A DNA stretch of 64,000 nt from Octopus vulgaris (lineage: Eukaryota). Below are positions 1-17,594 of this stretch, one piece after another. The notes under the pieces were generated by a model. It worked only from the letters and a program-made list of their open reading frames with translations, ran no database searches and was not told where the DNA came from. Within the stretch, counting starts at the first letter, position 1. Each line of letters starts with the position of its first letter. The DNA lies in NCBI GenBank assembly GCA_951406725.2, contig OX597823.1:50592001-50656000 (forward strand), read 5' to 3'. The position numbers were made by a program, and so were the translations under genes.

Positions 1-63
1 AAATGTTTGCTTATCTACATAAAGAACACATAAATATAGTTATATGCATAAATACCTACCTAT

Positions 64-2485
<2,422 letters not shown>

Positions 2486-4411
2486 GAAGAGTAAAGAAGT
2501 GAGAGAAAAAGATAGTAAAATGAATATTATCGTAATTTTAAGGATGGTTGTTCTAACTTGAATATGCCATTGGTACATCGTTTTATTTCTTGTGTGTTAA
2601 TGTTGGCTTCCATCTCTGGAGACTCACCTTTAGCGGTTTCGTTGTAATAACAAGAGGAAGTTTGATGGTAAATATAATATAACGCAAGCAATACTACAAT
2701 TTAATTGCCTCTACACTCTATTCTCTTACCACACAGTATACCAGCAAAGTGGCGAATTGGCAAAGTCGTTAGGACATCGAGCGAAATGACCTGCGTTATT
2801 CATTCTGTTTCTTTATAGTCTGAGTTCAAATCTAACTTACCTCAAGTTTCATCTTCATGTCTCTGATAAGTAGATTAGAAAGATGATGGTATTTGTAATA
2901 CAAAGCAACGAAGAAGTAAAGATAGGATCACACGTAAAGTCTAACACTTGCCTCAGCAATTGCTGATGGTGATCTTCAGAAAAATCTCGAAACTTGAATT
3001 ACCTGCTTTAGTTAAAACTGGGGCAAATAAACTCACCCATTTATTTTTCATTTAATTTGTCGGTCAGCTTAGGAGTAAGATTACAAACTTATTTATCCCA
3101 GGTCATGAGATTTAGATGCGGTAGCCATAAACTAGGTAAAGATTTTGGGGAAACAGGTACTCGTGATTTCAAGGAGAACGGATCTTTCAGTCAGTCGGGA
3201 TCGAATGCAGTGGCAGCGAACCATCATCCTCAACACCGACTTGAGTTAAGGATTCTTGATGTCAACAATTATAAATGCAGTGACATCATACTGACCAGTC
3301 AGGATAGATAGACCTCGTCAGACATCTCTAAACTTCTTAGGAATGTTATGCTCGTTAGTGGTAACGAGTTACTGGATTAGTTCACTCAGGCTGAAATTGT
3401 ATGGGAGCAGATGATAGGAGAGTGGTTGTAAAAGCCTCACAAACCTGTCTAAGCAGTCCAAGTTTTCTGGCAGTTTCATAATGGATTTCCCTTGAATGTG
3501 GAACTGAACAAACTACATCGGTTCGTCGTGGTCGTATCTTGATTGGGTTTTTATTAGGTCTGTGGATAAGGAGAGTTTTGGGCATCCATAATTTTCGCTT
3601 GTCGGTTATACAGCTAACAAGTTTGTGACCTTTTCGGCAACACAGGTTGCGCGCATTATCAGGGCCTGATTTCTTGACCTGAACCTAGAACATCAAGAAC
3701 AGGATTAACAAACGGGGTGGTCATCAACGACCGGTATTTGGTGTATTCGAAGAGAATTATTACAGTAGAATCGATAGTGTATAGTGTAGAAATAACGATT
3801 GAAATCCATTTAGTAGATGAAGCGCAGTAGATCAGAAGCAATTATAAAAAGCTACACAACCGATGTGCAAGCGCTGGAAATCGCGAGCGATTAAGTTCCT
3901 TGACTCGAAACAGCCAAAGTGATAAAGCGACTGCTCGTAGACATGAAGAAACAAAATAAATTCTATGGGCCTGAGTGGAGGGAACGGGACGTCAAAACAC
4001 AGCCACAATTAGATCTTTTCCAGCAACCCTTTACTGAACGAACAATCATTTTACCAACACCATATACGACAGGTTTGACTACAAAGACTTGTCAGTCCGC
4101 ATCGTGGTCCCAGTGGACAAAATGGAAAAGTTATTGCCCCGGAGGATGACGAGAGACGCGCTAACTCCCTGGGCTCGCACTGCCTTGATAGAAGTGAACA
4201 GGGATGTAGTCCCGGGGCTAAGAACGCCAGAGGTCTCCACTACCACAAGCACGACCACTGTCAGAGAGTGGCCAATACTTTGACATTTTGCCCTTCTCGA
4301 ATTGACGAGCAGCGAAGCATGCCTTGGGATACAAGTGGGCCAGCAGTGATGCAACTTGTTTTCTACATTAACTACTTTACTGGCATCAGAAATAGAAGAA
4401 TCTGAAAAAGC

Positions 4412-4645
4412 AAGGCGATGAGCTGGCAGAAACGTTAGCACACCGGGCGAAATGCGTAGCCGTATTTAGTCTGTCGTTATGTTCCGAGTTCAAATTCCGC
4501 CGAGGTCGACTTTGCCTTTCATCCTTTCGGGGTCGATAAATTAAGTACCAGTTACGCACTGGGGTCGATGTAATCAACTTAATCCGTTTGTCTGTCCTTG
4601 TTTGTCCCCTCTGTGTTTAGCCCCTTGTGGATAGTAAAGAAAAAA
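4412..4645 (+). mobile_element. tRNA-derived SINE family B (Nin/Deu-like central domain) with ~21-bp TSD
   Basis: GGCG..GAGCTGGCAGAAACGTTAGC head, GAGTTCAAATTCC B-box, GCCTTTCATCCTTTCGGGGTCGATAAA core; TSD aata(g/t)aagaatctg(a/g)aaaagc at 4391-4411 and 4646-4666; many near-identical copies in the window. Confidence 0.9.
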
Positions 4646-5086
4646 AATATAAGAATCTGGAAAAGCTACAGCAGCCACTGAAATATAGTTGTCGTTTAGA
4701 GATTGTACAAGAGGATATTTGCCTGATATGGATGATCTGCTCTAGAAACATTATGGACTTTTCTTCCTTCTTTTGTCAGACGTTTATCATAATTAGCATT
4801 ATACTAGTAACAATCTTTGTTCATGGTTAATATATTTAACTATTAAGTAATTTGTGATGAGAGCACACAGTAGGAGCAATGTAAAATTTACGAATGTGTG
4901 TTGCTTTGTAAGGCTGACTTCAAAACTGTTATATTTGATTCAAGAGTAAAAAATATGAAATATGCCCGCCTTATAATCTTCAGCAGAACCTGACATCAGT
5001 AGAATTACGAGAGTTCAATGTTCTGTGTGTCTTTTTTTGTGTTAAAAAAGTGTTTGAAAACAACAGCTGCTGCTGCTGCTACCACC

Positions 5087-5166
<80 letters not shown>

Positions 5167-5202
5167 ACAAAATATTTTCATCTACATTGTTTTCTCACCA
5201 AA

Positions 5203-5363
5203 GAGGCGTTGCTGTGTGATAAGATGCTTGTTTCTCAACCACATGGTCCCGGGTTTAGTCTCACTGCGCGCTACCTTGGGCAAGTGTCTTCTACTATAAC
5301 CTCGGGCTGACCAAAGCCTTGTGAGTGGATTTGGTAGACGGAAACTGAAAGAAGCTCATCGTA
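5203..5363 (+). mobile_element. SINE family A, 5' half (CORE-like)
   Basis: Matches the head of the full copy at 28294; contains ACCTTGGGCAAGTGTCTT. Confidence 0.85.
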
Positions 5364-5379
5364 TATATGCATTCGCCAT

Positions 5380-5560
5380 GATAGATCGCTAGTCACTACA
5401 CATTCTTTATTTTCTCCTTCTTTCTTTCTGTGTTCCTTTCTGTGGAAAAGAGTAGGCTCGAAACGTTAAAGACTTTTTCACTTCCCGAGCGTTAAACTAA
5501 TAAATCTGTTTGTTGTCTACACCACCTGTCTTCGTCTTTTTTTTTTTGTGAATTCTCCTT
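5380..5560 (+). repeat. Dispersed repeat (second copy at ~53650-53835) containing a hammerhead-like motif
   Basis: The two copies align end to end by eye. Confidence 0.7.
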
Positions 5561-5809
5561 ATACATACATACATACATACTTCGAAACGCGAAGTAGATG
5601 AAACAGGGACAACTGAAGAATGGGAATATTCCTTGTGCTGTATGTCTTGTAATCTGTTTTTTCGCTGTTTTTATGTTTTCGTTTCTCATTGTGTTCAACG
5701 TTTTTTTGATGTCCTGAACCCATATATACATGTATATATACATATATATGTAGGTATGTACATATATGTATGTATATATGCATATATTTATATATTATTT
5801 ATATTATAC

Positions 5810-5863
<54 letters not shown>

Positions 5864-5974
5864 GATGAATATGGTACTTAAGTTGAGGCACCAGAATTTA
5901 GGACGGTATTATCCATACAATTTCAGAGTACGGTGATTAAAATCAAAATAAACAATAAGGATATCCAAAGGTAA

Positions 5975-6061
5975 TGCAGTACGATCATTTCATGCAATTC
6001 CATTTAATTGAACAATGCAATCATTACATCAATTTAAAATTTAGAGCAATCTTCAGCTGCA
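5975..6061 (-). ncRNA. Type I hammerhead ribozyme-like motif (minus strand)
   Basis: TGCAG-CTGAAGA-long stem II-GAAA-TGATCG-TA-CTGCA. Confidence 0.6.
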
Positions 6062-6279
6062 CAAATACATAGAATTGAATTAAAATAGAACAGATGGACA
6101 CATTAGTATAAGTATACCTAAAATCTTCAAGAAGTTAAGGAGATAGACAAAGAACGTGTCACTACTTCAGCAGTAGAGACAACAAGTTCTTTGTCTAAAT
6201 CCTTAACCTACTGGAGATTTTAGGTATAATTATACTAATCTGTCCATCTGTTTTATTTGAGTAAATTTCTATGTTTTTG

Positions 6280-6366
6280 TGCAGCTGAAGATTGGTCTAC
6301 ATTTTGAATTGATATAATGATTGCATTGTTCAATTAAATGGAGTTGCATGAAACGATCGTACTGCA
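6280..6366 (+). ncRNA. Type I hammerhead ribozyme-like motif (plus strand)
   Basis: TGCAG-CTGAAGA-extended hairpin-GAAA-CGATCG-TA-CTGCA; core boxes intact, palindromic stem III, non-canonical base of stem II. Confidence 0.65.
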
Positions 6367-6395
6367 TTACCTCTGGATATCCTTGTTGCTTATTT

Positions 6396-6503
<108 letters not shown>

Positions 6504-6504
6504 T

Positions 6505-6675
6505 GTGTCTGTGTTTGATCCCCACCACCGCTAGACAGCTGGTGCTGGTGTTTTTGCGTGTCCGTAACTAAGCTGTTCGGCAAATTAAGAACTAGGCTCG
6601 ATTCATTCAACTAAAAGTTCATTAAGGAGGTGCCCCAGCATGGCCGCAATTTAATGACTGAAACAAGTAAAAGAT
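6505..6675 (+). mobile_element. SINE family A, 3' half
   Basis: Similar to 28520-28731 (CCAGCATGGCCGCA..ATGACTGAAACAAGTAAAAGA). Confidence 0.75.
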
Positions 6676-6718
6676 AATCCAAAGAATAGATATGTATAGC
6701 AAGATAGCAAGACATCAA

Positions 6719-7052
6719 GGCGGCGAGCTGGCAGAAACGTTAGCATGCCGGGCGAAATGCTTAGCGGTATTTCGTCTGCCGCTACGCTCTGAGTTTAAAT
6801 TCCGCCGAGGTCGACTTTGCCTTTCATCCCTTTCAGGGTCGATTAAATAAGTACCAGTTACGCACTGGGGTCGATATAATCGACTTAATCCGTTTGTTTG
6901 TCCTTGTTTGTCCTCTCTGTGTTTAGCCCCTTGTAAGTAGTAAAGAAATAGGTATTTTGTCTGCCGCTACGTTCTGAGTACAAATTCCATTTGTCTGTCC
7001 TTGTTTGTCCCCTCTATGTTTAGCCCCTTGTGGGCAATAAAGAAATAGGAAA
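6719..7052 (+). mobile_element. SINE family B with internal partial duplication
   Basis: Same head and core as 4412; 3' part repeated. Confidence 0.88.
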
Positions 7053-8127
7053 TAAGATAACAAGATGTTACTTAAGAAGTAAATAAAGTTTGAACTTGTC
7101 TTGGTGGATACAATACTGTAAATCTTAAAATGTCAAGAGATTATATAACAAACACACTTGTAAACTCTAGCACACGTTCAGGGGAGGCTGATCTTTACCT
7201 GGTTGTTCAACCTACTAGTAGTAACAGCCAAATAACCATCAAATCAGATCCGGCTATCATAAAAAAGCGGGACGTTAGATATTACGGCCATTGGTGCTCT
7301 GTGCCATGGAGAAAGAGTGGGATGATCAGGGAAGGACAGCCGGAATATAATTTACCATCGATGTAGTAGAACAAGGATGATCTGAAGTTAACAACTATAA
7401 CTGCAGCAACAACAATGACAACCGCTCAAAGAGCTGAATGAACGTCACTGATGCTGCGAGGAGAGAAGGGGTGTCTTTATATTTTTTTTGTTCTCTGTAT
7501 TAATTAGTTTCTTATTTTCTGGTTGAACTAGTGTTTCTCTGTAACTCATCCCAACAAAGCAGATATATTCTTCAGTATTGAAAAGATACGATGTTAAACA
7601 AATAGATAGCCTCTGGTAATCTGAACAGTAGGCTTACAAGAATATCTGTTCCTCAAGAATTCTATAAAGCTGGTTCTGGGAGAAACAATAGCAAATCTAC
7701 ACGCCACTTTCAGGCTAACTGTTGATTTACCGTTTTATTTGCGTCTCTTATTTTGTTTTTATTCATTTTCAATATTTTCGTTTTGTAATCAATCATAAAT
7801 TATTCCTTCGTAGAATAGCATCCCGGAGGCAGGTTTTTACGAAACGTGATATGGGAGAAAATAATGAACAATGAGTTCAATATTTTAAGACACAGTCAGA
7901 AAGAAATTTGTAATTCCTAAAACTCGTTTCCTCCCAAAAGGAGATGGAGAAAGAAGACAAGAGTTATGTTTCTCATACGTAAATATGTTTTCTTCTTTAT
8001 ATTTCTCCTGATGCTAAATGGAAACTAATAACTTAATTGACTTCTTTTGTCTAGCTCTTACTACCGATAGAACTCTCGGGGTTGAGGTGAGTGGTGGTGG
8101 TGATGGAACGGCTTGTTGTTGTTGTTG

Positions 8128-8129
<2 letters not shown>

Positions 8130-8173
<44 letters not shown>

Positions 8174-8644
8174 TTTCTTCTTCTTCTTCTTCTTCTTCTT
8201 CTTCTTCTTCTTCTTCTTCTTCTTCTTCTTCTTCTTCTTCTTCTTCTTCTTCTTCTTCTTCTTCTTCTTCTTCTTTTTCTTCTTCTTCTTCTTCTTCTTC
8301 TTCTTCTTCTTCTTCTTCTTCTTCTTCTTTATTCTTCTTCTTCTTCTTCTTCTTCTTCTTCTTCTTCTGCTTCTTCTTTTCTTCTTCTCTTCTTCTTCTT
8401 CTTCTTCTTCTTCTTCTTCTTCTTCTTCTTCTTCTTCTTCTTCTTCTTCTTCTTCTTCTTCTTCTTCTTCTTCTTCTTCTTCTTCTTCTTCTTCTTCTTC
8501 TTCTGCTTCTTCTTCTTCTACTTCTTCTTCTTCTTCTTCTCCATCTCCTTCTTCTTCTTCTTCTGCTTCTTCTTCTTCTACTTCTTCTTCTTCTTCTTCT
8601 TCTTCTCCATCTCCTTCTTCTTCTTCTTCTGCTTCTTCTTCTTC

Positions 8645-8675
<31 letters not shown>

Positions 8676-8735
8676 CCATCTCCTTCTTCTTCTTCTTCTT
8701 CTTCTTCTTCTTCTTCTTCTTCTTCTCCTTCTCCT
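8130..8735. repeat. ~600-bp (CTT)n/(GAA)n microsatellite with higher-order units
   Basis: Directly visible. Confidence 0.97.
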
Positions 8736-8910
8736 ACCTTATATAACGTTCCTCTCTCTCTCTTTCTTTATTCCCTCTCTCTCTTTACTTCCTCTCTCTC
8801 TCTCCTCAACTTCTTACCTCTTTATATAAAGCTACTGCTTTTATTACTCGCCCCTGCAACCCGTTATCGTGTTCTCCCTGCTCTCTCTCACAGATACATG
8901 TATACTTATA

Positions 8911-8971
<61 letters not shown>

Positions 8972-9182
8972 ATATACATACATGCATACCCACGCGCACA
9001 CAAACACACACACACTCACACACACTCACATATATAATATATACATATGTAATGTATAAGTAATATATAGATATATATATATATAATATAGTATAAGTAA
9101 TATATAAATATATGCATATATACATATACATAATCACACACACACACACACGCACGTACATATGAACATTTCTGTATGTAAA

Positions 9183-9217
<35 letters not shown>

Positions 9218-9808
9218 TTCGCGTCTCTCTTTATACGAACATTCGTTTATTCATCTTTATTTTTAACCTATTGCTTTACAGTCATCTTCTGTGTTCTTCT
9301 TTGCATTCATCCATCATCACAAGCATTCATTCTTTTCTCTCGCAAATTCTAATCTTCAGTTTCTTAACTTTTTACATCTCTCCAGTTCTACCCTTGTCTC
9401 CCCCCCCCATTTCTCTCTCTCTCTCTCTCTCTCTCGCTTTCCCCTAAACATCTCTCGATCTCCTCTCAAACCCCCCCAACCATGATTTTCTCTCTATATA
9501 ATTGCCTACAATGACTCATAGTTGTTCACAATTTTGTTTAATACATTTTTCAATCTTTTACCCAATCTTTTCCTTCCTGAAACTTTTATCTATTTCACTG
9601 TTTTTCTTATAAGAAATAAGCTTAAAAATGTTCTGTTTACATAATAATTTCCTTTATCCTTCCCGGCATTATTTTCATGGAGGTTTTTCTTAGCCGAAGT
9701 ATTTTTCATTGTTGCAGAAGTTATCGTAGAGTTTCAGTTTCCTGTCAACAAAATAATCTCTTGAAATGAATAATAAAAATAATAACAACAACAACAACAA
9801 CCACGACC

Positions 9809-9969
<161 letters not shown>

Positions 9970-10185
9970 CAACAACAATAATAACGATGGTGACGATGAT
10001 GATAATGAAGATAATAATAAAAATAGCAACAGCAGCAACGTCAACAACAAGAACAATAATAATATCAATAATAATAATGATAATAATAAAAGATATAAAA
10101 AATAGAAAAAATGTAAGAAATTTACCCATACTTAAGGTAATCACTTATTGAAAGCTTTTCAAATACACCTCGATATTCTCAGTAC

Positions 10186-10217
<32 letters not shown>

Positions 10218-10238
10218 TGTATGTATGTGTGTGTGTTA

Positions 10239-10283
<45 letters not shown>

Positions 10284-10294
10284 CATATATATAT

Positions 10295-10356
<62 letters not shown>

Positions 10357-11180
10357 CTACATATATGTACACACAAACATATATGTATATATACATATAT
10401 ATGTGTGTGAGAATACATATCTATATGTGTATGTATGTGTATATATATTGTAGAAATATATATGCGCACTCATTAAATATGTATTATATTTGATATATAC
10501 ACATACCTGTATGTATATATATATATATCTATCTATATATATATATATATATTTATTTATACATATTTATACAGATATATATATATATATATGTTTATTT
10601 ATATTTATACAGATATATATATATATATATAATTTATATAAAATATATATGTAATATATATATATTCATATACGTGTGCATATATGTGTGTGTATTTATA
10701 TAACCACCGCTTTCTCCCCCAACATAATACATACTCAGATGATTCTAGAACTACCAATTCCAAATTATATAATACCTATTGTCCTTTCTCTGCTTCGTTT
10801 TCTACTGCAGCAATTTTTCCATTTTTTCATTCCTTACACTCAAACACGTTTCACAGACAAATATATGTACACGCTTACGTAGATTCTATGTACGTAACTA
10901 TGCACGTATGCATGTATTTAAGTGTGTATTTTTTACTGCACACCTGACTAACATACGTACATACACGACCATACACATATGTGAAAATTCGTATGTATGT
11001 ATGTATGTATGTATGCATTAATGCAAATGTGTGTTCATGTATATTCTATGCAAACATATACATAAGTGTATATATTTATATATATTCATAATACTTTTAT
11101 ATTATTGAAGAAATACACAGGCATTAACATATATATAAAGATATAAATGTCGACTTGAACTTATGCCCTTCCTACCCCAA

Positions 11181-11240
<60 letters not shown>

Positions 11241-11476
11241 GCCTGGCTGTCCGTCTGCCTACATACCTACCTACCTACCTACCTACCTACCTACCTACCT
11301 ACCTACCTACCTACCTACCTACCTACCTACCTGCCTGCCTACCAATATATCTGACAGTCTGTCTGTCTCTCTGTCTGACTGTCTATCTATTTATGTACCT
11401 TTACTTCTGTTTGTCGACTGTATTTTCCCATTCTATCTCTTTTCCGTTCATTCTCTCATCTCCTTCTTTCAAACTA

Positions 11477-11529
<53 letters not shown>

Positions 11530-11691
11530 ACACATACGCACTCACACACACACGGCACAAACTTCCAAAGACACTTCCAAAGGCAAAGTAACTGGATACA
11601 AAAACACACACGCACATACAAATAGACACGCGTACGCAAAACAACTATATGTACAGACATACACACACATATATATATACATATGTATATG

Positions 11692-11790
<99 letters not shown>

Positions 11791-12138
11791 CATATATATA
11801 TATATATTTATATATATACACGAAATTCTTCAGATCTAGGATTGAGTTATATATATTTATCGAAAAGACTTCTTACTAAATATTGTTTGAGAAGTATTAG
11901 AAAAAATCTAAATAAAAAAGAAAAGATTCTTAGTTCTTTTTTTTTCTCAATAATCGGTGTTGTTGACAGTTTGAACTTAAGAACATTTTGAAGATCTTGT
12001 CTTCTTGAATAAAGAAGGACTTTGCACGCGCATGCACGCACACACACAGAGACACACACAGACACAGAGACAGACAGACTCACACAAAATACATATATAC
12101 GTGTAAATATAAATATATGTACTTACTCTAGTTTTTGA

Positions 12139-12198
<60 letters not shown>

Positions 12199-12218
12199 TA
12201 TTTACATATATATATATT

Positions 12219-12316
<98 letters not shown>

Positions 12317-12950
12317 AACACATACATATATACATACATATATATACATACATACATATATATATACATGAGAGAGGGTTTGAGTACGTTTAAATATATG
12401 TATATATAAACATATATCTCTGTACTTATCTGTATATATGTAAACAGGAAATCCTTCCTAGATGTAATGAAAATATGCTTATATTCGTGCGCCATTGTAT
12501 TTTACTTGTAAAAGAATATATTGGCTTCAAGTATTGGATCAAACCCAGCAATTTCGGGGAAGGTGCTAGTCGATTACATCGACCCCAGTACTCGACTAGT
12601 ACTTATTTTATCGACCGTGGAAGGGATGAAAGGTAAGGTTCCCACATATCAAACTCTATAGATATAAAAAGTATAGAGAATGGCGAAACGTACAGGAGTA
12701 CCAGATTTGTAGTTGTAAGCCATGTTAATGAGTAGAAAAATAGCAAAATTTCAGGAAAAATTTAAATTAGGAGTGTATAAGTAAAACATTGTTCATTGTT
12801 GGTGTATTTACGACTCTGTAACTCAGCGGTTCGGCCAAAGAGTCTAATAGAATAAGTACCGGGCTTTAAAAACGAAGAATAAAGTATTGAAGTCGATTTG
12901 TTCGACTAAAGTTCTTCGAGGCGGTGCCTCACCGTGGCTACAGTCTAACA

Positions 12951-13018
<68 letters not shown>

Positions 13019-13121
13019 AAATAGGAAAAGAGAGAAAGAAAAAAGAGTAAAGAAGGTATACCAGAATCTTTGCGAAAAAAATTTACAATAAAACTGACAG
13101 GCAAGAAATTTCAAAATCCGA

Positions 13122-13289
<168 letters not shown>

Positions 13290-13304
13290 TATAATAAAAA
13301 AAAA

Positions 13305-13815
13305 AGATGGTATAAGCACACACCAGAAAAGGTCACAGAAAACGAGAAAGCAACCATACTCTGGGATATGCCGATACACACAGATAGAGAAATTAAGGCC
13401 AACAGGCCAGATATAGTTGTCAGAGATCATGAAGAAAAAAAAATGCTTTCTAATTGATGTATCAATACCGGCAGATGACAACGTGTCTCTAAAAGAAATG
13501 GAGAAACTCTCGAAATACAAAGACCTGGAAATAGAGGTAACCAGAATGTGGAATCTAAAAACAGAAACAATTCCTATCATAGTAGGTGCATTAGGCATGA
13601 TAAAAAATATTCAGACAAATACATAACAAAAACACCAGGACTTACAAACACATATAACATACAGAAAATTGCACTACTAGGCACTGCACACATCCTACGC
13701 AGAACACTTTCCATACAATAACCATCAGAGCATCACAACAAATCACAGCACATACCCAAGGCACACAGAGCTGCGCTCGGTAGTGAAGTGAAAGCACGCT
13801 ATAAAAATAAAACTA

Positions 13816-13820
<5 letters not shown>
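13305..13820 (+). mobile_element. 3' fragment of an R4/Dong-clade RLE non-LTR retrotransposon embedded in (AAT)n
   Basis: Frameshifted translation [95 protein letters not shown] (PD-D-K restriction-like endonuclease); stop at 13719-13721; (AAT)n on both sides. Confidence 0.88.
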
Positions 13821-13892
<72 letters not shown>

Positions 13893-13893
<1 letters not shown>

Positions 13894-14045
13894 GGATGCG
13901 CAGTCATAGTTTGGAGGTTCTCTTCCCCATTACGTAGTTCATACCCTACACGTAGCACCTTCGATAAGTGTCCTCTACTATAGCCTCGGGTGGACCAAGG
14001 CCTTGTGAGTGAATATGGTAGATGGAAACTGAAAGAAGCTTGTTT
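13893..14045 (+). mobile_element. Degenerate SINE family A 5' half
   Basis: Similar to the 28294 head and CORE-like region. Confidence 0.65.
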
Positions 14046-14341
14046 TATGTATGTATGCATGTATATATGTACATACATATATATATATGTATATACGCGC
14101 CCGCGTGCACACATAAATACACACATACACGTACACACACACATAAAATTAAATTAGACAGTGATATGCAATGTTTACCAAAAGGAAAACCATAATTATC
14201 ACTAAATGTGACTAGAGTGTTAGAAACAACTACATTGCTAGAAATAAGAGCTAAACTGCACTAAATGATGTAGTTAAAGCACACAATTGTATACATATAT
14301 GCTGCTAGGGACTATAAATGCCCGAAACACCAATCGAGAAT

Positions 14342-14392
14342 TCCTTATACTGACGTCAGTTTCGGCAATTTCCGTTGCCTCGTCAATAAGGA
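14342..14392 (-). ncRNA. Minimal type I hammerhead ribozyme (Penelope-type)
   Basis: Minus strand TCCTTA-TTGACGA-GGCAA(CGGAAA)TTGCC-GAAA-CTGACGTCAG-TA-TAAGGA; stems I and II perfect, stem III a 10-nt palindrome, only C3->U in the core. Confidence 0.8.
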
Positions 14393-14466
14393 CTGGCTCG
14401 ACTTCGGTAGATTCTGAACTGAATTCTCTATCATTAAGAATTTATGGAATCTTACACAACGGTATG

Positions 14467-15631
<1,165 letters not shown>

Positions 15632-16019
15632 CATACATAGAGAGAGAGAGAGAGAGAGAGAGAGAACAAAAATGACAGAGGAATACCACATATATAACTA
15701 TCTCATAGGATCACTTAAGAAGATGGGAATTACAGGCGGTAACCGACACTATGAAACATAGGAGCTGTTAAGAGTGCATTTTGACACTTTTGCCAAAAAC
15801 ACGTTAAACGGAAATATGTGTGTATGTGTGTGTGTTTCCCCTGTCCCCACTTGATAACCGGTGCTGGTTGTTAACGTCCCAATAACTTGATAGTTCACTA
15901 GAATAAAAATCACTGACTTAAAAATAAACATTGGAATCGATTTGTTCCACTAAACTCTTCAAGATGGTGCCTCAGCATGGCCACAGTGCAATGATAGAAG
16001 CAAGCTCGGAAAGCTCCGA

Positions 16020-16852
16020 GATGATAGAAACATTGATCATCAGAACAGTCAATCATGGGCCAACAACCAGATTACTATTTCCAACTTTGAAGGGTATGCA
16101 TTTGCAATCCAGGAACAGGAAACATCGGACAATTACCCCATACACAAAAAGGACAGAAATGCAGGAAAATAAAAAAAAAGTGACAACTGATGCAGACATT
16201 GTGGAGTTAACACCGGAGATATCACCCACATCATAAGCAGTTGTCCGAAAATGTCATCCCGGTTCTATATACCGATGTGACATGATGTCGTATCTAGGAC
16301 ACTGTATAACGAGGTGAGTCGGAAGCATAACTTCGAGAACAAAGAAATAAAACAGAATAATAAAAGGGAATACTGGTGGAGTGTCCCTGTGAAAGCCTCA
16401 ATAAAATGTAAACACAATAGTCCTGATATAAGGATTTGGGATAGAGAAAAGAAACTGTGTACAATTGTGGAAATCAGCTGCCCAGCGAATGTTAACTTAA
16501 AACTGAAGCTCAGTGAAAAAAGAATACCTACGCTGAACTATTGAAAATTCCGCAATTACTTTATCCAGATTACAAGCGTAGGTTTATACCTGTAATTAAT
16601 GGGGCACTGAGACAAATAACACACTGCCAAATATCCATTCTTGAGAAATTAGGCTTCTCAAAATCGGGAAGGAGAAAGCTGATTCAAAGACTACAGACCC
16701 AAGCCATCACTGGAACTGTAAATATCTGTAAAACTTTTCAGAAGTTTATCATTTAACTATATGAGCATGTCTAGCTGTGCAACTATATGCACAAGAATAC
16801 ATACATAAAACAAAACATACGAACCTGCACGTATACATACATACATACATAC

Positions 16853-16883
<31 letters not shown>

Positions 16884-17010
16884 CATACATACATAAAAAA
16901 TACCGTGTTGATGTTATTGAAATTCCGATAAAGGAACCTTAGAACTAGGTTAGAAACCAGCTCTTTCTCTATTGGGAAGAAATCTTGAAATAAAACTGAA
17001 TAATGACATA
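16020..17010 (+). mobile_element. 3' fragment of a second RLE (R4-like) LINE family, degraded
   Basis: FEGYAFAIQEQ; CCHC knuckle CRHCGVNTGDITHIISSC (16191-16244); *HD (RHD); HNSPDIRIWD..IVEISCP; PVINGALR; 3' UTR with internal (CATA)n. Confidence 0.85.
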
Positions 17011-17049
17011 CACGCTAACAAATATGTGCGTAAATTTGTGTGTGTGTGT

Positions 17050-17121
<72 letters not shown>

Positions 17122-17538
17122 ACCAGGTTATTATTTCATTTTATATTTTACCAAAAACGACCAACTAAAATCTAATAATATTACTGTCTTAATAAAATGT
17201 ATTAAAACTGATACTTTATGCAGATATCGTACGCATACTTTGACATAATTTATAGGCAGAGAGCGAAGGACGTCGTCAAACGATTGAAACCCATAAGAAA
17301 AAAAAAAATAAAACACAACGAAAAAATATCAATAATAAAAATGCCACTAAATATATTACTAATAGAAGATTTGGAATGTGGGCAAAAGGAAAGAACAATG
17401 AAGAAGAATTGTTTGAGAAAGTAACTAAAGCCCACAAGTCAAAAGTTCAAAAAAGCAATAATGGACATGAATCCAAATTTAAATATATATATATATATAT
17501 ATATATATAGATAGATAGATAGATATAGATATAGATAT

Positions 17539-17594
<56 letters not shown>

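Noticed and set aside
8018-9059. 238-322 aa poly-Ser/Leu/Phe ORFs
   Set aside because: Artefact of the (CTT)n repeat
14287-14536. N-terminal part of the 360-aa ORF
   Set aside because: Chance in-frame read-through of the ribozyme element and (TA)n; only 14537 onward is CR1 RT
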